Assembly: GCA_964490765.1 (NCBI GenBank)
Contig: CAZBDV010000010.1
Location: 2,451-66,450 of the forward strand
Length of the DNA: 64,000 nt
DNA from: an uncultured Candidatus Cloacimonadota bacterium
Lineage (GTDB): Bacteria; Cloacimonadota; Cloacimonadia; Cloacimonadales; JAJBBL01
Direction: 5' to 3'
The notes under the pieces are model-generated. The model had not been told where the DNA came from. It made no database searches and saw only the letters and a list, made by a program, of their open reading frames with translations. Both the position numbers and the translations under genes were made by a program. Of this stretch, positions 48,945 through 57,307 are shown in pieces. The number at the start of each line of letters is the position of its first letter. The stretch's first letter is position 1.

Positions 48945-49385
48945 TTTTCCCTGCTTCACCTTCCTCTGGTTTTTCCTGATCTCCGATCCCGGATCTCTGT
49001 TCACCCTTTTTTTCTTCCTGCTTCACCTTCCTCTGGTTTATACCTCATCACTTCATTACTCCATCACATCATCCCTCCTTGCTTTACCTTCTAATGGCAA
49101 AACCATGTCACTTTATTACCTCGTTACTCCGTCAACACGTTACCACTTTTCTTCTTGCTTCACCTTCCTCTGGTTTTTCCTGATCTCCGATCCCGGATCT
49201 CCCTTCACCCTTTTTTTCTTCCTGCTTCACCTTCCTCTGGTTTTTACCTCATCACTTCATTACTCCATCACATCATCCCTCCTTGCTTTACCTTCTAACT
49301 AATGGCAAAACCCTGTCACTTTGTTACCTTGTTACTTTGTCACCCCGTAACCTCTTTTCTCCTTGCTTTTCTACCGCTGGATCTA
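48928..49385 (+). repeat. Pyrimidine-rich higher-order tandem repeat (2 units of about 200-208 bp plus a partial third) that starts within the tRNA-Val 3' end
   Basis: Unit boundaries: TCCGTCAAC at 48928 and 49128, TTTGTCACC at 49336. Each unit holds three sub-repeats carrying CTTGCTTYACCTTC(C)TCTGG (seven occurrences: 48951, 49018, 49078, 49154, 49222, 49282, 49362). Confidence 0.9.
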
Positions 49386-49648
49386 TCTATTCTCTCCCCT
49401 CTACTATATATGCTTCACAAAATTTTTCCATATTTCTCTGAACTTCTCTTAAAACCCCTCCAGTAAACTCATCCAATCATTTTGATTTTTTTTAAACTTA
49501 TTTCAGTTTTTTCCCCCTCTCAGTTAATGATTATCATAGCACAACTTAGCTAAACTCTGGCAATAGAACAGAAATTATACTTTACAATTTGAGCTATCTC
49601 TGCTCATAGATAAGGAAGATTACAGGCAACAACGGAGGTTTGCCAACC

Positions 49649-51163
49649 ATGCCGAAAGCAAAAAACAAAGTAAAGCTTGATAAAATGGTGTTTCCCGACC
49701 CAGCAGAGAAGATCGCTATCGTCGAGAAGGTAGAGAGCAGCGATGAAATTCTCACCGGGCAAAGGATCGATTCCACCAGCAGTATAAATGAGTTGATAAT
49801 GCAAGACCTGGAACTACCTTTTCATCAGAGAGTACTCAGATTGAATCAATACACCAGGAATTACACCGTTGACAGAGATGGTCCGAACGTTCTCTTTCTC
49901 TCCTCGACCGAAGGTGGTTTTCCCAGAAAGGGATTGAGAATGCTCGGTAAAGAAGGAGAGGTCACAGGGTATTATCCCGCTCTGAACTTCGTCGATCTTG
50001 TCTTGAATGAGGATTCCGTCAGAGAGGGTGCACTGCATATCTTCTCTCATGAATTGGGTCACGTAATGATGAACAACATCATCCCCTCTTTCGCCAGGGT
50101 TCCAGAAGAAAAGACCAGTTCTATCCAGCACGTCAGTATGGGGGTAACCGATTATTTCACGGCCTTCTTTGAAGGCTGGGGCAATCATTTCCAGTATTTT
50201 GCCCATAGTATACCGAAATACAGGGAAGCTCTGGACTTTCTCTACCAGCCGCAAAATATACCGAAAACCCTCTGGCACTGTACCATTGAACGCGAATTAC
50301 GTCAGAGTGGAGTACTGCGCAACGCCTATATCTATGAAAAGCCTCTCTTTCCCGAACTCTACTCTCCGGACATATCACTGATAGATAAGGTACTTCTGGA
50401 ACACACCTATCCGCAATTCAACCCGTTGAAACTGCGTAATGCCCAGCAGATGCTGAGTTGTGAAGGCGTTATATCCACCATATTCCACAGGATAGTGAGC
50501 AGTCCGGTAATCCAGCGTAATTATCAGGTCGCTGCATTCTATACCCCTTTTTGCCTTGAGCCGTTAGAAGGGGAGATCAAAGAGCTAATTTCTCCTTACG
50601 AAAACGTAATGCTCAAGAACTTCCACGTCTGGGCTCAACTTGAAAAGTCACAGAACTACCTCTATTCTCCGGTCTTTATCGAATACCTTATGGAATGGTG
50701 CCGCGCCTTCCCGGAAGATAGCAGGGAACTGCTCTCTATCTTTATCAATATGACTGCCGGATCCACGATTTCGTCTACAGCTCCCGGGCTTTATGAAAAG
50801 GCTGCCTTCTATGGGATCAAGGGTGACATGGATAATTTCGTTGCAGCGCTGAAAGAATACATTTGCGAGATAGACAAGCTTATCAGCGCGGCCTGTGACG
50901 ACCCTGCTAACTTAGCTCAGAACATCGGTCCCGAATTATGGATAGAAAACAAACACTTCCGGATAAGGAAATACCTCTGGCTCCCGGAACCCTTGACAAC
51001 CTTCCGCCTGAATATCAATACCGCCTCTCCAATAGAACTCTCTACCCTGCCCGGAATGGATCTCCCGCAAGCTCTGCAGGTTTCTGAAAAACGCCGGGAA
51101 AGAGGTTTCTTCCAATCCTTCGCAGAGGCTGAAGAATGCGGTCTTGTCCTGCCCAAAAACTGA
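49649..51163 (+). CDS. Cytoplasmic HExxH metallopeptidase-like protein with a C-terminal helix-hairpin-helix (ComEA-like) motif
   Basis: IFSHELGHVMM zinc motif with a downstream FFEGWGNHF (possible third ligand). The C-terminal LNINTASPIELSTLPGMDLPQALQVSEKRRERGFF resembles ComEA-type HhH. No signal peptide. ATG at 49649 follows GGAGG. Confidence 0.6.
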   Translation: MPKAKNKVKLDKMVFPDPAEKIAIVEKVESSDEILTGQRIDSTSSINELIMQDLELPFHQRVLRLNQYTRNYTVDRDGPNVLFLSSTEGGFPRKGLRMLGKEGEVTGYYPALNFVDLVLNEDSVREGALHIFSHELGHVMMNNIIPSFARVPEEKTSSIQHVSMGVTDYFTAFFEGWGNHFQYFAHSIPKYREALDFLYQPQNIPKTLWHCTIERELRQSGVLRNAYIYEKPLFPELYSPDISLIDKVLLEHTYPQFNPLKLRNAQQMLSCEGVISTIFHRIVSSPVIQRNYQVAAFYTPFCLEPLEGEIKELISPYENVMLKNFHVWAQLEKSQNYLYSPVFIEYLMEWCRAFPEDSRELLSIFINMTAGSTISSTAPGLYEKAAFYGIKGDMDNFVAALKEYICEIDKLISAACDDPANLAQNIGPELWIENKHFRIRKYLWLPEPLTTFRLNINTASPIELSTLPGMDLPQALQVSEKRRERGFFQSFAEAEECGLVLPKN

Positions 51164-51329
51164 AAAGATGCTCAGCAGACCGTAAGGCTTCTACGAACTC
51201 AAGAGCTCGAAACAGAATGAATTTTTCTTCTGTTTGCGGGCAGAATTATCATTTTGATATAGCAGTCAGCAGTCTATCGTTCGAAATGGCCTGTCCATAA
51301 TGGATATGTTGCCTGCAGGTTTTGATCAG

Positions 51330-52766
51330 TTAACCCTTACCGGTGATCCTTTTCAATCTGTTAAGCGATATCTTTAGATAGCGGGCAGCCTGGGTCTTAT
51401 TTCCGTCGAACAGTTCGAGTGCTTTCTTCACGATCTCCTGTTGGGCAAGGTCGAAATCGAGTTCATCTTCCGGATATTGCAGGCAGAGGGTCCGGTCAAG
51501 ACCTGCCTGCTTGATTTTAGCTCCATCTATCAGGTAGGCGAAATCGGCAGCCGTCAATTCACCTTTTTCCGTCAGGAAAGCGGTACGTTCCACCGCGCTT
51601 TTCAGTTGCCGGACATTTCCCGGCCAGGAATAGCTGTTGAGAAACTCGATACAATCACTGCTAAGTGTTTTCAGTCTCACGTTGTTAGTTTCAGCCCATT
51701 TTTTCAGGAAAAGTTCCGTCAGGGGGATGATCTCCTCTTTTCTCTCTCTTAAAGGTGGTATAAAGATATGCGCCGAATTGATCCTGTAGTAGAGGTCTTC
51801 CCGGAAACTATTATTCTTGATCTTCTTTTTCAGATCTTTATTAGTAGCACAAATCAATCTCACATCGATCTTTTTACTGGCTATCCCGCCCACTCTGTAT
51901 ATCTCCCGCTCCTCGAGAGCCCTGAGCAGTTTCGATTGCTGCGTAATGGGTATTTCTCCGATCTCATCGAGCAGCAGTGTACCACCCTGAGCCAGTTCGA
52001 ATTTACCCTTCTTCCCCTTGCGGTCGGCACCGGTAAAGGCACCCGCTTCGTAGCCGAACAATTCACTTTCGAACAGGTTTTCCGGGATGGCGGCACAGTT
52101 GACCGTGATATACGGCTTTTCATTGTATTCTTCTCCGTAATGGATGAGCCGGGCAATGATCTCCTTACCGGTTCCGGTCTCACCTTCGATCAAAACGGGA
52201 ATGTTCCTGTTCTGATTAAGTTTTCTGGCCAGTTCCACGATTTCATTCATCTTGGTGGAGAAGAACCCGATCGTACCCAGTCCGAGACTATAGAAGTATT
52301 TTTCGTGCAACTGCTTGAATTTCGTCAGGATATCGGAACATTCTTCCTGTAGCCGCTCTTCGAATTGTGTTGATAAGATCCGGTTCTCTGAGAGGAGAGA
52401 CTGATGTTCTGCCACCCGGTCCAGTACTTTCATCAATAACCCGATATCTATCGGTTTTGTCAAAAAATCATAAGCACCGAGCCTCAATGCTCTGATGACG
52501 AAATCCATCTGCTGCTGGCCGGTGATGAGTACTATATCGATATCCTTCGCTGATGGGATCCGCTTCAACTGCTCCAGCAGATCGAATCCCGACATATCGG
52601 GCATCACGATATCGGAAACAATAAGATGAAAATTCTCCTTCTTCAAGATCTTCAGAGCTTCCATAACACTGCTGCAGTCGCGTACTTCGTGCCCGAGTTT
52701 ATTGCTTATATACACCTTGAGGCTTTTTCTCAGTTCGGCGTCATCATCTATCAGGAGTATCTTCAT
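51330..52766 (-). CDS. Sigma-54-dependent response regulator (NtrC/AtoC family: REC, AAA+, Fis-type HTH)
   Basis: REC domain (KILLIDDD...VSDIVMPDMSG), Walker A GETGTGKE, GAFTGA loop (YEAGAFTGADRKG), C-terminal HTH NKTQAARYLKISLNRLKR. Confidence 0.9.
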   Translation of the reverse strand: MKILLIDDDAELRKSLKVYISNKLGHEVRDCSSVMEALKILKKENFHLIVSDIVMPDMSGFDLLEQLKRIPSAKDIDIVLITGQQQMDFVIRALRLGAYDFLTKPIDIGLLMKVLDRVAEHQSLLSENRILSTQFEERLQEECSDILTKFKQLHEKYFYSLGLGTIGFFSTKMNEIVELARKLNQNRNIPVLIEGETGTGKEIIARLIHYGEEYNEKPYITVNCAAIPENLFESELFGYEAGAFTGADRKGKKGKFELAQGGTLLLDEIGEIPITQQSKLLRALEEREIYRVGGIASKKIDVRLICATNKDLKKKIKNNSFREDLYYRINSAHIFIPPLRERKEEIIPLTELFLKKWAETNNVRLKTLSSDCIEFLNSYSWPGNVRQLKSAVERTAFLTEKGELTAADFAYLIDGAKIKQAGLDRTLCLQYPEDELDFDLAQQEIVKKALELFDGNKTQAARYLKISLNRLKRITGKG

Positions 52767-54451
52767 TCCTTTTCCCTGTCCTGTTTTTTAAATGTCAGCA
52801 CGAATTTCGCACCGTGAGGTTCTAAATTACTGACCTCGATACTTCCATCATACCGCTCGACAAACGTCTTGACGATCGTCAGACCAAGGCCGGTACCCTG
52901 CTCCTGGGTCAGCGGCTTGGTAGAATAAAAAGGTTCGAATATCCTGGCTAAATTATCCTCCGGAATCCCCGGCCCGTTATCCTGCACAGTGAGATGTACT
53001 CTGTCGAAACTCTCCTGCAGGCCGATCTCGATGCTTTTCCTGTTATCCTGCATAGTGCTGAGTGCCTGCAGGGCATTGATGATCAGGATGATGATGATCT
53101 GCTCCAGATATGTCGGTACGAAGTCGATGAAGATATCCTCTTCCGGCAGGTTGAGATCACAGATAACCCCGGCAGAATAGATCTTGTGTCTTACACACTG
53201 AATACACTTGTTGATAGCCGCTTTGATATCTACCCTTTCACTCTGTCTCGATTCCTGCGAGCGGTAAAAATTCTTCATCTGGGTAATGATCTCGTTTATA
53301 TGCTGGACGGAGTTCTTGATGGAATGAAGAAATTCAACGGCATCATCGTGACTCGTTCCGTTAGTTCTATTCATACAGAACAGTGAATTCTCGACATTGA
53401 GGGCTATTGCCGAGAGTGGTTGATAGATCTCGTGCACGATACCGCTGGTAATGGCCGTTATGGAAGTGAGCCGGGCGGTCTTTTCCAGCAAACCTTCGTA
53501 TTTGATATTTTCCACCTCATTTTTATGCTCCAGAAGCAGCTTTGCCATCCTGTCCATCATCCTGTCGTTTAGCAGTTTCTCTTTCAGCTCTACGTATTTA
53601 TTCAAATATTCATTAGATTCTTTATAGGCACCTTTCTGCTGATAATAATCAGCCAGAGAGGCAAAAACTCCCAGCTTGTGCTCGGTATTTTCGCTCTTCT
53701 CCGCATAATCGAGTGCTCTCTTAAGATGTTCATAGGCTTCGTCGATATTATGCTCGATCAGAAAACTACCCAGTTTCTGATGAGCAAGATAGACGGTATC
53801 ATCGTTTCTTCTATCGGCGACCTCTACAGCCTTTTTTAGATAGTTCAAAGCCTGCCTGTGATCTTCCAGATTCATGTAAGCTACCGCTATATTGAGCAGG
53901 GATATTACCTTGCTGCGACCTTTGATAGCTCTATCGTCTGCCGGAGCATACTCGTAAGCCTTGAGGGAGTATTCTAAGGCTTTATCATACTCCTCTCTGG
54001 CTGTATAGACAGCAGATATGTTATTACAGACCCTGGCCGGATTAACTTCATACTGCAAAGCCTGCTGAAAATATGACAGAGCACTGTCATAATCCTGCAT
54101 CGTTACGTAAACTGTTCCAATATTATTCAGACAATCACCTAAAATACTGCTATTATCGATCTCTCTGCACAGTTTCAGGCATTCCAGATAATGATCCAGT
54201 GATTTACCGTATTCGTTGAGGTAATTATAATTCAGGCCCAGATAATAATGAGCATCTGCCAGTTGCTCCGGATCATCGATGCTCTCTGCAAGAGATCTTG
54301 CCAGCTCGGCATATTTCAAACCCTCCCGGTAATTACCTTCAGACCATTGCTGGCTCGCTATCTTAGATAAAAGCTGTAACCGGTCATTGATATCACGAGA
54401 ATTGTCGAGTCTGTATAGCAACTCTTTTACATTGCTTTGTTGTTCAGACAC
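52763..54451 (-). CDS. Cytoplasmic TPR-repeat sensor histidine kinase
   Basis: Multiple TPR-like repeats (e.g. AHYYLGLNYNYLNEYGKSLDHYLECLKL). H-box VHEIYQPLSAI, N-box LIINALQAL, G-boxes QDNGPGIP and GTGLGL. No hydrophobic segment. GTG start after GGGAGG. ATGA overlap with the regulator gene. Confidence 0.85.
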   Translation of the reverse strand: MSEQQSNVKELLYRLDNSRDINDRLQLLSKIASQQWSEGNYREGLKYAELARSLAESIDDPEQLADAHYYLGLNYNYLNEYGKSLDHYLECLKLCREIDNSSILGDCLNNIGTVYVTMQDYDSALSYFQQALQYEVNPARVCNNISAVYTAREEYDKALEYSLKAYEYAPADDRAIKGRSKVISLLNIAVAYMNLEDHRQALNYLKKAVEVADRRNDDTVYLAHQKLGSFLIEHNIDEAYEHLKRALDYAEKSENTEHKLGVFASLADYYQQKGAYKESNEYLNKYVELKEKLLNDRMMDRMAKLLLEHKNEVENIKYEGLLEKTARLTSITAITSGIVHEIYQPLSAIALNVENSLFCMNRTNGTSHDDAVEFLHSIKNSVQHINEIITQMKNFYRSQESRQSERVDIKAAINKCIQCVRHKIYSAGVICDLNLPEEDIFIDFVPTYLEQIIIILIINALQALSTMQDNRKSIEIGLQESFDRVHLTVQDNGPGIPEDNLARIFEPFYSTKPLTQEQGTGLGLTIVKTFVERYDGSIEVSNLEPHGAKFVLTFKKQDREKE

Positions 54452-54767
54452 GGTTCTGACCTCCCATTTAAAACAATGAAATGCCAGCTACCCGCCTTAA
54501 TATGTCAAGTAATTTGAAAATTTATCTCTCCGATCGGTTCCCGTAAAACACCTCAGGTTCTAACCACCTGCTTACCCGGAAATAGCCGGTTGATACTATC
54601 ACAGAGGATTTGCCAAATATTATATCATTTTTATATGGAAAGAGTGTTGACCATCCATATCGCCTGTTCATTTTGGATAACTAAAAGTGGAGAAATTAGC
54701 TTATCACAGGTCTGCTATAAGCCATAAAACAATATCCACTAATATCTTATGGTCGTCTTACCCCCTT

Positions 54768-54783
54768 TGGCACCTTTCTTGCA
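54768..54783 (+). promoter_or_regulatory. Sigma-54 (-24/-12) promoter
   Basis: TGGCACctttcTTGCA is a full match to the TGGCAC-N5-TTGCW consensus. It lies 106 nt upstream of the ATG at 54890, in the divergent intergenic region next to a GAFTGA activator gene. Confidence 0.75.
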
Positions 54784-54889
54784 ATTAAGAGGACCAAGAG
54801 GGATTAGATAAAGAAAACCAGCAGCAACGAAACAGCTGCTAACATTAATTAAGCGTAAAAGATTAGTAAACGATAGGAGGTTAACTAAT

Positions 54890-57298
54890 ATGAAGACTCA
54901 GAACTTGATTTTGATAGTTGGTATAATCCTTGCCCTGAGTTCCCTGTATGGTAACTGGGAAGGTTATTTACCTACTTATGTGGTACATACTTTGTACGAA
55001 GATGGTGATTATTTGTGGCTCGGTACAACAGGCGGTATTATTCATTATAATATCCATACCGAGGAGAAGACCTACTACAATACTCTGAATACCGGTCTCC
55101 ACACGGTAAAGATAACTGCTCTGACCAAAGACCAGCAGGGGAATTTATGGGTTGCTTCTACCTTTGATAACTACCGGGTGACAGGTTATGACTTCGATTT
55201 TGAGGCTCCGACGCTACAAAGAGAATATTGGGCGGGGCTCTACAAATTCGCTACCGATGGTGCGTGGCATTTTTACAATTTCGAGAACACTCCGCTGGAA
55301 TTCGATGTGATCCATGCCCTGGCCGTAGATAATGATAACAAACTCTGGATAGGAACGATTCACTATGGTATCTTTGTACATGACCTGAATGATGGAAGTT
55401 GGACAAACTATACCAAAGAAAACGCCGATATCGGGTCCAATCATATCAGATCGTTCTACGTCAGGGATAATGGCGAGGTCTGGGTTGGGCACTGGCCAGA
55501 TGAAATCCTGGAGCCCAGGTATATTACTGAAGATCGCGACCCGGGAGAGATCCTCGAACCAATGCAGGATCGCTTCGATAAGCAATATAAATGGGAAGAA
55601 CTTGTTTCTGATGGCGGGGGGATCTCCAGATATCATAACGGAGTCTGGACAAACTTTTTTGATCAGCTTCCCAAAGAACATCCCGAGTCCAGTACGGTAC
55701 ATGATATAACTGAAGATGCAAATGGTATACTCTGGTTTGCAGCCACGCTTGACGGTTTTCTCAGCTATGACGGTTATGAGTTCGAGCAGTATCTACTCCC
55801 TTATGAGCCTTATTTTGAGATGTCGGGAATGCCATTTGGGATCGATTTTGATCATGACGGCAATATCTGGCTGGGTACCAATATCGGCATTTATACCTAT
55901 GATGGTGATGAACTGATCAGATATCATTCCGGTAACGGACTGAATCACGAGTACGCCATTACCATCATCCATACTGACTCTTTCAACAATGTCTGGATGG
56001 GTAGCGACTTTAAAGGGCTTTTCAAATATCACAACGGAACAATTACCGAAGCGGAGATCGATTCTGAAATAGCCTGCTATCCGATCAGATCTATTGAGGT
56101 TGATGCTTCCGGTAGGCTCTGGATCGGTGCCGGTGAAAATGTGCTCAATATGGGAACCGGTGGACTGTACAGCTTTGACGGAGATCAGTGGGATTTCTAC
56201 GGTTGGGATCTCATCGATACCTGGCGTGTAAACGATATCTTTACCAGAGACGGTTACATCTATCTGGCAACCGGAGAGAACGGAGATGAAGGTGGTGCTG
56301 CCGTTTATGACGGGACTTCCTGGACGATACATAATTTTTCCACCAGTGATTATGTCCTATGGGCCGGTCATTCCATCACTGCCTGTGAAAACAGGATCTG
56401 GGTCGGTGTTGACGATACCAATGGCGGGCTATCCAGATATGAGAACGGGCAATGGACACTTTACACTTCGGCTAACAGCGGGTTGGCTACAAACAATGTC
56501 ACTACTGTTGCTGTTGATCCACTGGACAATTCCGTCTGGGTAGGTTCCAGATTCGGACTCTACAACTTTGACGGCTCTAACTGGACTTACTATTTCTCTT
56601 TCATGTATCCTGAGTTGACCTATGATTATATCAACGATCTCTATTTTGACGACCAGAACACTCTCTGGGTCGCAATGGAGATGGGTCTGGCCAGTTATGA
56701 CGGTGAGGTATGGCAGAACTACGATCACCTCTTACCGTATTTTGATGGATGGGGTACTGCACCGGTCTGGTCGGTTACCAAAGACGAGTATGACAGGGTC
56801 TGGATAGCATTTTTCGGTGGGGTGATGATGCTCGATCTCGATAACAACGAAGTAGAAACTTTTGATATGGCGAATTCACCGCTTCCGACTAACTTTATCC
56901 CCCAGGTTCGTTCGGACAGGAATGGTAAATTATGGATCAGGACCTGGTCCGATGGTCTCTATGCCTACGAATACGGACAGCATCTCTCCGTTCCGGATGA
57001 CATTGTTGCTGATAACCAGTTACGTGCTTATAATTACCCGAATCCTTTCAATCCCACGACAAGCATTGTCTTTGATAACCCCCACCCCTCCAATATCTCG
57101 CTTGATATCTATAACGTCAGGGGACAGAAAGTCAAGACCCTCCTGGATCGAGAATACCTGGGCAAGGGTGTCCTGAACGTTATCTGGGATGGTTCCGACA
57201 GCAGGGGTAATTCTGTTTCTTCTGGGATCTACTTCTATACGATCTCCGATGATGAAGGGAGATATCGCATTATAAATAAAATGATGATGATTAAATAG
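54890..57298 (+). CDS. Secreted beta-propeller protein built of two-component-regulator-propeller-like repeats, with a T9SS C-terminal sorting domain
   Basis: Signal peptide. Many repeats of the type (N/D)..LW(V/I)GT..G(L/I)..Y(D/N). C-terminus YPNPFNPTTSIVFDN...SGIYFYTI...INKMMMIK. AGGAGG RBS. Confidence 0.8.
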   Translation: MKTQNLILIVGIILALSSLYGNWEGYLPTYVVHTLYEDGDYLWLGTTGGIIHYNIHTEEKTYYNTLNTGLHTVKITALTKDQQGNLWVASTFDNYRVTGYDFDFEAPTLQREYWAGLYKFATDGAWHFYNFENTPLEFDVIHALAVDNDNKLWIGTIHYGIFVHDLNDGSWTNYTKENADIGSNHIRSFYVRDNGEVWVGHWPDEILEPRYITEDRDPGEILEPMQDRFDKQYKWEELVSDGGGISRYHNGVWTNFFDQLPKEHPESSTVHDITEDANGILWFAATLDGFLSYDGYEFEQYLLPYEPYFEMSGMPFGIDFDHDGNIWLGTNIGIYTYDGDELIRYHSGNGLNHEYAITIIHTDSFNNVWMGSDFKGLFKYHNGTITEAEIDSEIACYPIRSIEVDASGRLWIGAGENVLNMGTGGLYSFDGDQWDFYGWDLIDTWRVNDIFTRDGYIYLATGENGDEGGAAVYDGTSWTIHNFSTSDYVLWAGHSITACENRIWVGVDDTNGGLSRYENGQWTLYTSANSGLATNNVTTVAVDPLDNSVWVGSRFGLYNFDGSNWTYYFSFMYPELTYDYINDLYFDDQNTLWVAMEMGLASYDGEVWQNYDHLLPYFDGWGTAPVWSVTKDEYDRVWIAFFGGVMMLDLDNNEVETFDMANSPLPTNFIPQVRSDRNGKLWIRTWSDGLYAYEYGQHLSVPDDIVADNQLRAYNYPNPFNPTTSIVFDNPHPSNISLDIYNVRGQKVKTLLDREYLGKGVLNVIWDGSDSRGNSVSSGIYFYTISDDEGRYRIINKMMMIK

Positions 57299-57307
57299 GA
57301 GTTAAAA

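Noticed and set aside
48865-49302. ORFs called across the repeat loci (48865..49302, 48912..49094, 59117..59308, 59322..59585, 59351..59548)
   Set aside because: They overlap tRNA-Val or pure repeat DNA and translate to low-complexity F/L/S/P/T strings. They lack an RBS, and their similarity to one another is explained by the DNA repeat.
48945-49385. Possible CRISPR array (a ~20-30-nt motif recurring every 60-80 bp)
   Set aside because: The 'spacers' are themselves duplicated between units, giving a higher-order tandem repeat. The repeats are not well conserved or palindromic, the spacing is irregular, and there are no cas genes in the window.
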